Source: Candidatus Parcubacteria bacterium
Lineage (GTDB): Bacteria; Patescibacteriota; Minisyncoccia; Phycocordibacterales; JAACPR01
Assembly: GCA_039805545.1 (NCBI GenBank)
Contig: JBDLUA010000001.1
Location: 566 to 64,565 of the forward strand
DNA length: 64,000 nucleotides
Direction of reading: 5' to 3'
Translations under genes and position numbers: made by a program
In this document: piece after piece, positions 1-9,686 of the stretch
Position numbering within the stretch: the first letter of the stretch is position 1
How the letters are laid out: each line of letters begins with the position of its first letter
Notes under the pieces: generated by a model
What the model saw: only the letters and a program-made list of their open reading frames with translations
What the model was told of the DNA's origin: nothing
Databases searched by the model: none

Positions 1-229
1 GGAGGGTGCAATGCAAATTCGAAAATATGTAACCGAACTCGGAAAGCATTTAAAGTCATACGAAGATTATCATAATAAACTTGGAAAAAATCTTGGTACT
101 GTTGTGAATCAATATAATCTTTCAAATAAAGAATTCAAAAAAATTGATAAAGATATTTTAAAAATTACCGAAAGTTCTGCCGATCTTGATCCTGTGTTGA
201 TAGAGGAGAGTATTAAAATTGAAGAGTAA
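1..229 (+). CDS. rmuC: DNA recombination protein RmuC, C-terminal part (5' end outside window)
   Basis: Coiled-coil ELGKHLKSYEDYHNKLGKNLGTVVNQYN resembles the RmuC C-terminus; the frame is open to the window edge. Confidence 0.6.
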   Translation, partial: EGAMQIRKYVTELGKHLKSYEDYHNKLGKNLGTVVNQYNLSNKEFKKIDKDILKITESSADLDPVLIEESIKIEE

Positions 230-247
230 TCTTTTACTAAAATTTAA

Positions 248-282
248 AAGGCCCCGCGACGCATGTTGCGCGACGGGGCCTT
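248..282. terminator. Hairpin between convergent genes
   Basis: aaggccccg...cggggcctt inverted repeat. Confidence 0.7.
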
Positions 283-286
283 GTAT

Positions 287-670
287 TCAATCTCCAAAGA
301 ACGTTCCTTTGAGTAGGAATCCTTTTGCTCCTGTTGGAGTTTGAAAAAGCTGGGGCATTTTGTTTTCCACAATATGCACCTCTGAATCAGGTAGAATCTC
401 AGGCTTTCCCTCTAGGTCTAATCCTGTTGTCCAGAACATGATTCCAATAAAGTCTTTGATCTCCACGTTGGGAGGTGGAGACTCTAGGTACTCAAAGATC
501 TGAACTTCTTCAGATTGGAGTGCTCCGATGAGTACTTCAATCTTTTGTTGGTAGTTGATGCATGAAGTGGTCAGGCGAGTCCGGTCTTTTTCAAGTTGGT
601 CCTTCTCCTTGTCAGGTAAGATGAGTCCGAGTAGTAGACCCATACACATACAGATGAAGTAGTTTTTCAT
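287..670 (-). CDS. Orphan hypothetical protein with N-terminal hydrophobic segment
   Basis: 127-aa ORF with TTGACA upstream (~727-732, minus) and a terminator downstream. Confidence 0.65.
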   Translation of the reverse strand: MKNYFICMCMGLLLGLILPDKEKDQLEKDRTRLTTSCINYQQKIEVLIGALQSEEVQIFEYLESPPPNVEIKDFIGIMFWTTGLDLEGKPEILPDSEVHIVENKMPQLFQTPTGAKGFLLKGTFFGD

Positions 671-801
671 TTTTGATTTTGTTGGTGGTTCGGGGTTCTG
701 AAATATAATAAAATATATTTATATAATGTCAAATTTTATTTAAATTTACATCTGTATAATCACTTGCAAAACTCTCAAAATAGGGTAGAATGGGCGAACA
801 T

Positions 802-1131
802 ATGAAAAAAGCCGTAGAAAAAAAGGAATATGCAATCATCGAAACTGGTGCAAAACAATACATTGTGGCAGTTGGAGATAAGCTAAAAATTGAAAAAATT
901 GAAGGTGTAAAAACTGGCGACACTATTGAATTTGATAAGGTTCTCCTTGTTGATAATGGTTCAGAGGCTAAAGTTGGAACTCCTTTCCTTTCTTCAAAAG
1001 TTAAGGCTAATGTAATCGAAATTGCTAAAGACAAAAAAGTTCAAGTTATTAAATATAAATCAAAGAGTCGATACTTTGTAAAACAAGGACACCGACAGAC
1101 TTTGATGAAGGTTGAGATTCTTTCTATCTAA
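802..1131 (+). CDS. rplU: 50S ribosomal protein L21
   Basis: YAIIETGAKQYIV...KQGHRQ motifs; start at 802 or 790. Confidence 0.97.
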   Translation: MKKAVEKKEYAIIETGAKQYIVAVGDKLKIEKIEGVKTGDTIEFDKVLLVDNGSEAKVGTPFLSSKVKANVIEIAKDKKVQVIKYKSKSRYFVKQGHRQTLMKVEILSI

Positions 1132-1159
1132 GCTGTTAGCGATTAGCTATGAGCTTTTA

Positions 1160-1192
1160 GCAAAAGGCGGGCCCTTCGGGCCCGCCTTTTGC
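1160..1192. terminator. Intrinsic terminator, cUUCGg-loop family
   Basis: gcaaaaggcgggccc-ttcg-ggcccgccttttgc. Confidence 0.85.
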
Positions 1193-1239
1193 ATTAATTT
1201 TGTACTATGCTAATGTTCCTTTTAGAAAGAACACATACT

Positions 1240-1740
1240 ATGAACATCAAATTTCGCAAAGGCACATATCGTGCAGCACTTGTAATGGGGCCCATAACCT
1301 TCAAATTCATCTATCTGCGTTGGAGCTGCCTTAGGAGAATTTTGAGATCATGGGAATATTGCAGGTTTCTAATTATTCGTGGAATGTTTGCGAACATCAC
1401 AGAATTTTTTACTTGGAAGTCTCTCAAAGTTCCTTTTCTTGCTCCTACGTACTTTTCTTTCTTTGGTATATTGAATATTCAAAAAACTATTAAAGGAGAT
1501 AAGGTGGGTTGTTTTGAACATATCAGAAATGTTTTGAAACAGTTGCCAGAGAACAAGAGGGGTACATGGAACTTTATTGAAGCACATTCACTTTGGACTA
1601 ACTCTGGCTGGAGGAAAACAGAGCAGGGTTACATTTTGTTTGACTACGGAGATTGTTTCATGAATGGCTGGCCTTTTTCAACGATTTTGTGTCGTGACAA
1701 AAAAGAACTTCAAGAAATCCTCTCAAAGCAAGAGCTCTGA
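1240..1740 (+). CDS. Orphan hypothetical protein
   Basis: ORF 1207-1740, likely ATG at 1240; hairpin at 1749-1776 follows. Confidence 0.65.
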   Translation: MNIKFRKGTYRAALVMGPITFKFIYLRWSCLRRILRSWEYCRFLIIRGMFANITEFFTWKSLKVPFLAPTYFSFFGILNIQKTIKGDKVGCFEHIRNVLKQLPENKRGTWNFIEAHSLWTNSGWRKTEQGYILFDYGDCFMNGWPFSTILCRDKKELQEILSKQEL

Positions 1741-1782
1741 ATTTCGATACACCCCAATAGGAAACTGCTGGGGTGTTTTCTT

Positions 1783-2376
1783 TTACCCTCGATTCTTCAA
1801 CGCATTCTTAATGGTCTCTGTATCCACATATTCAATTTCAACCCCCGTAGAGATTCCTCGTCCAAGCATTGTGATTTTAATATCAGGTTTATGTTTCTGA
1901 ATGAAGTTTTTTACAAGGTGAGCAGTGTGATCTCCTTCAGGGTTTACGGGCAACGAAATAATAATCTCTTCTGGTTTTTTTGTATTAATAAGTGCAATGA
2001 GTGAATGAATGTCTATATATTTTTCCAAATCTTTTTCCATTAATCCGAGAGTTGAACCAAGTACAAAATATAATCCATCATAGATATGAGTTTTTTCAAT
2101 GGTTTCAAGATCGGTATCTTTTGCAACAACCATTAATAGTTTTGTATCTCGTTTATTGTTGCTACAGATTTCACACAACTGACTGTTGCTTGAAAAGAAT
2201 CTGTTACATTGCGGGCAGTGTTTTGTAAGTGATTTTAAATTTTGAATTTCTGATACAAGTTTTTCGGTGTAGGATCGATTTTTTCGAAGGAGAAAAAATA
2301 CAAATCGTTTTGCTTGTCGTGGACCAATTCCAGGGAATTGTCTAAATAATTCTGCGAGTTCATCTATGTGATTCAT
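1783..2376 (-). CDS. recR: Recombination mediator RecR
   Basis: FPGIGPRQAKR HhH, CPQC..CEIC zinc finger, TOPRIM NPEGD, GVEIEYVD. Confidence 0.97.
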   Translation of the reverse strand: MNHIDELAELFRQFPGIGPRQAKRFVFFLLRKNRSYTEKLVSEIQNLKSLTKHCPQCNRFFSSNSQLCEICSNNKRDTKLLMVVAKDTDLETIEKTHIYDGLYFVLGSTLGLMEKDLEKYIDIHSLIALINTKKPEEIIISLPVNPEGDHTAHLVKNFIQKHKPDIKITMLGRGISTGVEIEYVDTETIKNALKNRG

Positions 2377-2379
2377 ATA

Positions 2380-3747
2380 TTAAAAGTCATCAATTCCATT
2401 TCCATAATTACCACTATCAATATCAAGATATTTTGTTTTCTTACTATCAAAGAATAATTCACAAATACCAACAGGACCGTTTCGGTGTTTTTCAATCATA
2501 ATTTCTGCAATGTTAGGTTTATCAGTCTCAGGGTTATATTTGTCTTCTCTATGAATAAACATAACGATATCGGCATCTTGCTCAATAGAACCAGAGTCTC
2601 GAAGGTCTGAGAGACGTGGTTTTCCTCCTCGTGATTCTACTGCTCGAGAAAGCTGTGAAAGGGCAATAACAGGTACATCCATTTCTCGGGCGAGTTGCTT
2701 GAGTCCTCGAGAAATCTCTGTAACTTGAGTCACTACGTTATCAGTCTTTGTCATTGGTGTCATAAGTTGAAGATAATCAACAACAACAAGGCCAAGACCG
2801 TGTTCACTCTTCACCCGTCGACACACCGAACGCATTTTCATAAGATTGATACCTGCCTCATCATTAATAAAGATGGGTGCATCAGAGAGGCGAGAGATAG
2901 CTGCTCCAATTGCCTCAAAATCGCTCTCCTTAAGCCCTTTACCTGTTCGAATGCTCCATAGGTCCACTTCTGATTCGGCCGACACCATACGGTCTACAAG
3001 CTGATCGGCACCCATTTCTAGTGAAAATACTTGCACAGGGATTTTGTGATTAAGGGCAGCTCGTCGTGCCATATCAAGTACAAGAGAAGTTTTTCCGACG
3101 GCAGGTCGGGCGGCGAGAATAATGAGATCTGATTTTTGAAATCCTGAGAGTTTGTTATCGAGAGCCTTGAATCCCGTTGGTACACCTCGAAGAGCATCTT
3201 TGGTTGCATGAATTCTTTCAAGTCTCTCGAATGCTTCACCTACAACATTTTTAAGGGCAATTATATTGGTATTTGTAGTCATGTTTGTAACTTCAAAAAT
3301 TCTTTTTTCTGCACTGTCTAAAATTTCTTCAAGATCTTTTGATTCATCAAATCCAAGTCCAGAGATATGATCTGCAGCATTGAGAAGATCACGCATAATT
3401 TTTTTCTTTTGAATAGTAGTACAGTAGTGCTTGATGTTTGCAGTGCTTGGTACAAAGTCGATAAGCTCTGCAAGATACGCGGCACCACCTGATCGCTCAA
3501 GAAGTCCTTGGTCTTTGAGGTAATCAAGAACAGATACAGAATCAATCGGAGCGCCTTTTCTGTTTAAGTTAAGGATTGCGTCATACACAATTTTATTTCG
3601 TGAAGAGTAGAAAGATTCTGGAGTGAGAACATCAGTAATATCATAAATACTATCTGGTCGTTGGAGGAGGGCACCAAGAACAGCCATTTCAGACTCAAGA
3701 CTTTGAGGTGGGATTCGTAGATTTTTACCTGAATTTTGTTCTGCCAT
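2380..3747 (-). CDS. dnaB: Replicative DNA helicase
   Basis: PPQSLESE N-terminus, AARPAVGKT Walker A, VVDYLQL, LSDLRDSGSIEQDAD. Confidence 0.99.
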   Translation of the reverse strand: MAEQNSGKNLRIPPQSLESEMAVLGALLQRPDSIYDITDVLTPESFYSSRNKIVYDAILNLNRKGAPIDSVSVLDYLKDQGLLERSGGAAYLAELIDFVPSTANIKHYCTTIQKKKIMRDLLNAADHISGLGFDESKDLEEILDSAEKRIFEVTNMTTNTNIIALKNVVGEAFERLERIHATKDALRGVPTGFKALDNKLSGFQKSDLIILAARPAVGKTSLVLDMARRAALNHKIPVQVFSLEMGADQLVDRMVSAESEVDLWSIRTGKGLKESDFEAIGAAISRLSDAPIFINDEAGINLMKMRSVCRRVKSEHGLGLVVVDYLQLMTPMTKTDNVVTQVTEISRGLKQLAREMDVPVIALSQLSRAVESRGGKPRLSDLRDSGSIEQDADIVMFIHREDKYNPETDKPNIAEIMIEKHRNGPVGICELFFDSKKTKYLDIDSGNYGNGIDDF

Positions 3748-3910
3748 GTGTAGTTTAAGAGTACCTAATTAGAAGGCCAAAAGTAAATAGATAAGTTGTA
3801 CACAGGTGTGCACATATTTTATGGCTTAAAATAAAGATGAAAAATAAATAAACCGTATGGAATATATATGGAAAACTTGCAAAATGAAGTGTGGTAGTAT
3901 CTATATATTG

Positions 3911-4180
3911 ATGAAGAAATTAACTCCAAAACAAAGAGAAGAGACTGTGACAAAAGGATTTTTATATGAACAGAATTTTGTCACTAAGGAATACCTAGAT
4001 AAAAAACTCGAACCATATGTAACAAAAGAATACCTGGATAAAAAATTAAAAGAACAAAGTGCGGAATTTCGACAACATATCGATACCCTTATAGAGCATC
4101 AACTTGATCAGATACAAATTTTCATGGAACAAATGGACAAGAGATATGTGCTGAGGAGGGAGTGGAATGTGCTGAAATAA
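3911..4180 (+). CDS. Hypothetical coiled-coil protein with tandem VTKEYLDKKL repeat
   Basis: ORF 3857-4180, probable ATG at 3911; internal duplication with 13-aa period. Confidence 0.7.
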   Translation: MKKLTPKQREETVTKGFLYEQNFVTKEYLDKKLEPYVTKEYLDKKLKEQSAEFRQHIDTLIEHQLDQIQIFMEQMDKRYVLRREWNVLK

Positions 4181-4198
4181 AAAACACTCCGTCCAAAG

Positions 4199-5587
4199 TT
4201 ATTTCTTCTCAACACTAAACCCAACTTCACTTGCAGTATCTTTTATGATGTATCCTGCTTTTTCAATTTCTTCTCGTAGGGCGTCCGCAAGTGCAAAGTC
4301 TCTATTATCTCGCGCGTCTTTTCTTCGCTGTGCAAGTTCAATAACTTGAGGAGGAATTTCTATTGTTTTTTCTTTTTTATCTAATTCAAGTTTAAGAACT
4401 TTATCAAAGTCTAAAATCGTAACTTTTTTATCTTCATCAGCAATTGAGTTGTCTTTTAATAAATCAAAAATAAGAGCAATTGCTTTTGAAGTGTTAAGAT
4501 CTTCGTTTATGTATGAAGTAAATTTTTCTTTGTAGGGGAGTGACACACTTCCTGGATCCTCGCCTCCGCGAGGATGACGTACTAAGAAGTCTTTTATTTT
4601 TTGTAATCCAATTTGTGCTGCTTGTACTGATTCAATAGTAAAGTTTGAAAGGGTAGAGTAGTGTGAAGTGTAAAGCCAATACTTGTATGCTGCAGGTGAA
4701 ATATTTTTTGAAATTAAATCTTCAAGATAGAGTGTATTACCAATAGACTTAGAAATCTTTTTTCCATCAATAGTGATGTGATTTACATGAAGCCAATAGT
4801 GTGCAAGAGGAGCATTATGTGCACATACTGACTGAGCAATTTCGTTTTGATGGTGAGTAGGAATATGATCAACTCCACCTGTATGAATATCAAATGTAGT
4901 TCCAAGATATTTGTTTGCCATTGCCGAACATTCAATATGCCACCCAGGAAATCCTACACCCCAAGGAGATTCCCATTCTTGCTGCCTTTTTTCTTTTGAA
5001 AATTTCCAAAGCGCAAAGTCTGTACTGTTTCTTTTTTCTGTATTTGCTTCAACTCGTGCACCTTCTTTGAGTCCTTCAATATCAATATGTCCAAGTTCAC
5101 CATATGCAGGAAATTTAGAAGTATCAAAGTATACACCATCTGACGTGATGTATGTGAATCCTTTTGTTTCAAGTTCTTTAATCAAATCAATTTGTTCTTG
5201 AATATGCTCTGATGCTTTTGGAAATTCAATTGTAGAGACATCAATATTGAGTGCCGTGAGAGCATCCATGAAGTCTTGTGTATATCTTTCTGTAATTACT
5301 TTTGCATCAAGGTGTTCTTTCTTTGCTTGTTCTTCAACCTTATCTGCACCTTCGTCGCTATCTGATACAAGATGTCCTACATCAGTAATATTAATTACTT
5401 GATGAACATTGTACCCATTATAGATGAGAGTATTTTTGATTAAATCAGCAAAGATATACGCCCTAAGATTTCCAATGTGAGGCTTACCGTATACTGTAGG
5501 TCCACAATTGTACATGCCAACAGTATTAGGGTTAATCGGTTTAAATTCTTCTATTTTTCCTGACAGAGTATTCTTAAAATAAATCAT
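4199..5587 (-). CDS. cysS: Cysteine--tRNA ligase (carries an in-frame palindromic element)
   Basis: CGPTVY, HIGN, GWHIECSAM, KISKS, DLNT. Confidence 0.99.
   Translation of the reverse strand: MIYFKNTLSGKIEEFKPINPNTVGMYNCGPTVYGKPHIGNLRAYIFADLIKNTLIYNGYNVHQVINITDVGHLVSDSDEGADKVEEQAKKEHLDAKVITERYTQDFMDALTALNIDVSTIEFPKASEHIQEQIDLIKELETKGFTYITSDGVYFDTSKFPAYGELGHIDIEGLKEGARVEANTEKRNSTDFALWKFSKEKRQQEWESPWGVGFPGWHIECSAMANKYLGTTFDIHTGGVDHIPTHHQNEIAQSVCAHNAPLAHYWLHVNHITIDGKKISKSIGNTLYLEDLISKNISPAAYKYWLYTSHYSTLSNFTIESVQAAQIGLQKIKDFLVRHPRGGEDPGSVSLPYKEKFTSYINEDLNTSKAIALIFDLLKDNSIADEDKKVTILDFDKVLKLELDKKEKTIEIPPQVIELAQRRKDARDNRDFALADALREEIEKAGYIIKDTASEVGFSVEKK
4551..4594 (-). repeat. CGTC-tagged palindromic repeat copy inside cysS
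   Basis: cctggatcctcgcctccgcgaggatgacg, identical to the copy at 49498 and near-identical to 13966 and 52167; its flank matches 13903-13927. Confidence 0.9.
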
Positions 5588-5596
5588 AGGGGTATA

Positions 5597-6517
5597 TTAC
5601 AACCAATTCTTTCGTTTGAAAATAAGCGTAGAAATAAAGGTAATGATAGCCATAAGGAGTACTACAATCCAAAAATCGTAAGAGTTTCCGGAAAGCGGTG
5701 TGCTTTCAACATTCATTCCAAATAATCCAGTAATAACTGATAGGGGAAGAATTATAAAGTTTACGACTGTAAGAGTTTTCATGATTTCGTTTTGTTTTGT
5801 AGAAAGAAGAGAATCATTTGTTTTTCGAAGTTCATTTGCATATTCTTTTGTAAGAGATACAAGGCGTTCTGTTTTTGAATATTCGTGTAATATTTTGTCT
5901 TCAAGAAGTTCAAAATGATGATCAAACATTTTTGGTCCTACTTTGCTGAGTACTTCCAAACCTCGTTTTTGTGTAAGAAGTGAATCTCTAAAATAAATAA
6001 GAACTCGACTAATCATAGAAAGTTCATATACCATCTCTCTTTCTTTTCCTGAAAAAATATTTTCCTCGTAGGCACTCAATGTTGTTTGAATATCGTCAAC
6101 TCTGTCTTGAATAGACCTGTACATCGTATAGAGAATTTCAACAAAGATGTGCGCAGATGTCTTTGTTTCATGATTGTGCAGAAGAGAACTTGTTTCAAAA
6201 GCTCTTGAAAATGTAATAAGTGTATCAATTGGTGCATAATGCGTTGTGATTACAAAGTTTTTTCCTATTACAAAATCTATTTCTTCACTTCTTTTGTCAA
6301 AAGTTTTATTTTTTTGATATGTATGACGAGGGAAGTGAAATACAAAATAAAGCATGTCTTTATATGCATCTGCTCGAGTTCGAATAGTTGGATCGATTAA
6401 ATCTTCTGCTATTTCAGGATGAATTCCATACTCATCCATGAGTTGTCTAATTTCATCTTTTGTTGGATTTTCTACATCAACCCAAGTAAGTTTTTCGTGT
6501 GTATATGTTGAAATCAT
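5597..6517 (-). CDS. corA: CorA-family Mg2+ transporter
   Basis: NEIMKTLT, GLFGMN signature, two C-terminal TM helices. Confidence 0.95.
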   Translation of the reverse strand: MISTYTHEKLTWVDVENPTKDEIRQLMDEYGIHPEIAEDLIDPTIRTRADAYKDMLYFVFHFPRHTYQKNKTFDKRSEEIDFVIGKNFVITTHYAPIDTLITFSRAFETSSLLHNHETKTSAHIFVEILYTMYRSIQDRVDDIQTTLSAYEENIFSGKEREMVYELSMISRVLIYFRDSLLTQKRGLEVLSKVGPKMFDHHFELLEDKILHEYSKTERLVSLTKEYANELRKTNDSLLSTKQNEIMKTLTVVNFIILPLSVITGLFGMNVESTPLSGNSYDFWIVVLLMAIITFISTLIFKRKNWL

Positions 6518-6590
6518 AAATGCTATATAAAGTATATCATTTATTTTTTTTATTTTGACTTTTTATACACAAATTGAGATACTGCTTGAT

Positions 6591-7784
6591 ATGAATTCAA
6601 AAATAAGAACACAACTTTTTGGTGGAATATTGCTTGCTATTGTACTTTCATTTGGTATGGGGTTTTATATTGGAAACGGCGGAATATCTTTTCGGTCTAC
6701 ACAAGCAAGTGAAGATGTAGACATGGCTCCTTTTTGGAAAACATGGAATATATTAAATGAAAAATTTGTTTCAGCATCTACTACTAAGCAAATTTCTAAT
6801 CAAGAAAAAGTATACGGAGCAATTAGCGGAATGGTCTCGTCACTCGGAGATCCATATACTGTATTCTTTACCCCAGAAGAAAAACAAAAATTTGATGAAT
6901 CAATCGAGGGTACCTTTGAGGGGGTAGGAATGGAAGTAGGAATTAGAGATAAAGTGCTTACAGTTGTTGCACCTCTCAAAAATTCTCCTGCAGAAAAGGC
7001 TGGAATTGAAAGTGGGGATATTATTGTAAAAATTGATGAAAAGGATTCTCTTAATATGAAAGTGGAAGAGGCAGTTTCTTTGATTCGTGGTGCAAAGGGT
7101 ACAATGGTAACTCTTACAATACTCAAAAAAGATGCAGAAAAACCTGTTGAAATAAAGGTAATGCGAGATAAGATTATTGTTCCTACCATCGAGACCGAAA
7201 TTATCAATACTACTTTTGTTATAAGACTATACAGTTTTGGAGCAACATCAGAATCAGAATTTAAGACCGCAATTGAACAATATCAAAAATCAGGCAAGAA
7301 GAGATTGATTATTGATTTAAGAGGGAATCCAGGTGGATATTTTGATTCAGCAGTTGATATTGCAAGTTGGTTCTTACCTGCAGGAAAGACTATTGTCACA
7401 GAGGACTTTGGTTCAAATATTACTCCAAAAATATTCAGAAGTAAGGGATATAATGTTTTTGATTTAAATAAAAATAAAATGGTTATCCTTATTGATGAAG
7501 GTTCTGCATCTGCCTCCGAAATCCTTGCTGGAGCATTGCAAGAACATGGAGTTGCAAAATTAGTAGGAACAAAATCTTTTGGAAAAGGATCAGTTCAAGA
7601 GTTGATAGATATCACAAAAGATACTGCTCTTAAAGTAACAATTGCACGATGGCTTACTCCAAATGGAAAATCTATTTCTGCGGGCGGCCTTGCGCCTGAT
7701 TATGAGGTTCAATTTGATGCGGATAAGTTTAAGAAACATAACGAAGACCTACAGTTGCAAAAAGCGCTTGAATTATTAAAATAA
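6591..7784 (+). CDS. ctpA: Carboxy-terminal processing protease, S41A with PDZ domain
   Basis: LGDPYT, DLRGNPGG, SASASEILAGAL, SFGKGSVQ. Confidence 0.95.
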   Translation: MNSKIRTQLFGGILLAIVLSFGMGFYIGNGGISFRSTQASEDVDMAPFWKTWNILNEKFVSASTTKQISNQEKVYGAISGMVSSLGDPYTVFFTPEEKQKFDESIEGTFEGVGMEVGIRDKVLTVVAPLKNSPAEKAGIESGDIIVKIDEKDSLNMKVEEAVSLIRGAKGTMVTLTILKKDAEKPVEIKVMRDKIIVPTIETEIINTTFVIRLYSFGATSESEFKTAIEQYQKSGKKRLIIDLRGNPGGYFDSAVDIASWFLPAGKTIVTEDFGSNITPKIFRSKGYNVFDLNKNKMVILIDEGSASASEILAGALQEHGVAKLVGTKSFGKGSVQELIDITKDTALKVTIARWLTPNGKSISAGGLAPDYEVQFDADKFKKHNEDLQLQKALELLK

Positions 7785-7792
7785 CCCACATT

Positions 7793-8230
7793 ATGAAAGT
7801 TATATTATTGAAAGACGTCCCAAAGATTGGAAAGAAGAACGAAATAAAGGATGTAGCAGATGGGTTTGCTCAAAACTCACTTTTGCCTCGAAAACTTGCT
7901 CAAGTTGCAACTCCTCAAGCCATCGCTGCCCTTAAGGATGCACAAGCAAAAGCTGAACAAATTCATACTCAAGAAATAGAAGGAATAAAAAAAGCAATTG
8001 AGAATCTTAATGGTCATAACATCACGCTCGAGTTGGCTGCAAATGCTCAAGGACATTTATTCTCAAAATTCAAAATAGAACAACTAAAAAAAGTATTTAA
8101 AGATAAAAATATTACGTTTGATACAAAATATATTGTTCCATTTGAATTTAAAGAAGTAGGAATTCATACAATTAAAATCAAGTCTCCACAGGTAGTAGGG
8201 GAGTTTCAGATAGAAATTAAAAGTTTGTAG
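7793..8230 (+). CDS. rplI: 50S ribosomal protein L9
   Basis: MKVILLKDVPKIGKK..VADGFAQN.LLP. Confidence 0.96.
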   Translation: MKVILLKDVPKIGKKNEIKDVADGFAQNSLLPRKLAQVATPQAIAALKDAQAKAEQIHTQEIEGIKKAIENLNGHNITLELAANAQGHLFSKFKIEQLKKVFKDKNITFDTKYIVPFEFKEVGIHTIKIKSPQVVGEFQIEIKSL

Positions 8231-8232
8231 AT

Positions 8233-8275
8233 AAAACAAAAGCGGCGGACCCTTCGGGTCCGCCGCTTTTGTTTT
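8233..8275. terminator. Bidirectional intrinsic terminator, cUUCGg-loop family
   Basis: aaaacaaaagcggcggaccc-ttcg-ggtccgccgcttttgtttt between convergent rplI and rpmA. Confidence 0.9.
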
Positions 8276-8278
8276 TAA

Positions 8279-8551
8279 TTAGATAACTTCTACAAGTTTT
8301 CGAACAACAGTTTTTCCATCAAATCGAGTTTTTCGTTTGTTTGAAAATTTAACGACACCTTCTTTAAGGGCAAAGATAGTGTGGTCTTTTCCAATATCTG
8401 TGTTTGAACCTGCGAGGTATCGTGTTCCTCGTTGTCGAACGATGATTGAACCTGCTTTTGCTTTTTGTCCATCAGCAACTTTGACACCTAGGAATTTAGG
8501 CTTTGAATCGCTCAGGTTTTTTGCTACTCCTCCTGCTTTAACTTTAGACAT
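8279..8551 (-). CDS. rpmA: 50S ribosomal protein L27
   Basis: LGVK..GQ..AGSIIVRQRGT, GKDHTIFAL. Confidence 0.97.
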   Translation of the reverse strand: MSKVKAGGVAKNLSDSKPKFLGVKVADGQKAKAGSIIVRQRGTRYLAGSNTDIGKDHTIFALKEGVVKFSNKRKTRFDGKTVVRKLVEVI

Positions 8552-8595
8552 ACTTTATATTTAATTTAACTGTTTCGATTAAGATTAGTTGTCAA

Positions 8596-8961
8596 ATGAT
8601 AGTATATTTTTCTAGAAAAAGCAAGGAGGTATGTCTCGTATGGTCAAGTGTAGCATTGGCTGTTTTGGTTCTTGTATATCTGTTGTATGTGGCCGAAATG
8701 ATATCAATTCACAAACAATCAACTATTCAAATTATTAGAAATACGAGTAATTTTGAGAGTAGAGTAGGGGTAGAAGAGTCAAATCCTCAGGTATCCTCGC
8801 TTCAGGATGATTTTGTCTTCGTAGCTTCCAAAAAGGGAGTGTATTATTACCCAATAAATTGCAATAAAGCACAAGCACTTTCGGTCAAAAATATGTTGTA
8901 TTTTAAGGATAAAATGACTGCTGAAGGGGCAGGGTATAAGCCCTATTTAGGGTGTTTTTGA
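8596..8961 (+). CDS. Membrane-anchored protein with Ada-metal-binding-like C-terminal domain
   Basis: TM helix, then FVASKKG..YYP.NC...F.....AE.AGYKP; start uncertain. Confidence 0.7.
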   Translation: MIVYFSRKSKEVCLVWSSVALAVLVLVYLLYVAEMISIHKQSTIQIIRNTSNFESRVGVEESNPQVSSLQDDFVFVASKKGVYYYPINCNKAQALSVKNMLYFKDKMTAEGAGYKPYLGCF

Positions 8962-9076
8962 TTGATTTTTTGACCAATCTATGCTATGATATATCTTAAG
9001 TCTGGAGTATATCCAGACCTTATGTTTTAGGGCCGGTAAACCGGATTTACCCCTAAGGCCTGCACCCGATAGACCT

Positions 9077-9565
9077 TTGTTGCATGTGCAGATTACCATT
9101 ACGAATAGGCTTATAATACAGATGATCGGACTTGCAATGTTGATCGCTTCAGTTAACGACACACAAGTTGCTGGAGCACCAACAAATACTGGAACCGAAA
9201 GTATTGTTGATGAGACTTATTCTGAAATTTCAGAACAAGTAAAAGTAAGAACTACTGAAGAAATTATTGCGGAGCACTTTGCAAATACACCAATTCTCAA
9301 AAAAATTGCGTCTTGTGAATCACAAAACCGACAATTTAATGAGACAGGAGCAGTACTTCGAGGAAAGGTAAACTCTCAAGACGTTGGAGTTTTCCAAATT
9401 AATGAGAAGTACCACTTAGAAGCAGCTAAGAAGCTTGGACTCGATATTTACACCCTAGAGGGTAATCTCGACTACGCTAAGCATCTCTACAAAACTCAAG
9501 GAGTAAAACCTTGGGTACACTCTTCAACCTGTTGGGATAAAGCAAATCAATTTGCCCTTAGATAA
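9077..9565 (+). CDS. Secreted lysozyme/transglycosylase-like protein
   Basis: IASCES, DVGVFQIN, GNLDYA..LY...G..PW..S..CW pattern of SLT/Rpf-like proteins; start uncertain. Confidence 0.8.
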   Translation: MLHVQITITNRLIIQMIGLAMLIASVNDTQVAGAPTNTGTESIVDETYSEISEQVKVRTTEEIIAEHFANTPILKKIASCESQNRQFNETGAVLRGKVNSQDVGVFQINEKYHLEAAKKLGLDIYTLEGNLDYAKHLYKTQGVKPWVHSSTCWDKANQFALR

Positions 9566-9592
9566 TTTCCTAAGATCAATTACAATTGCATT

Positions 9593-9633
9593 AAATAGAA
9601 AAAGTCACGCCACAAGCGTGACTTTTTCTATTT
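9593..9633. terminator. Intrinsic terminator
   Basis: aaatagaaaaagtcacgc-cacaa-gcgtgactttttctattt. Confidence 0.85.
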
Positions 9634-9686
9634 GTTGACAAATCTTTATATAAATTGTATTTTTATATCAGAAACCAATTCTGCAT

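Noticed and set aside
1130-1161. Short ttagc/agct repeats after rplU
   Set aside because: Too short and low-complexity to support a feature.
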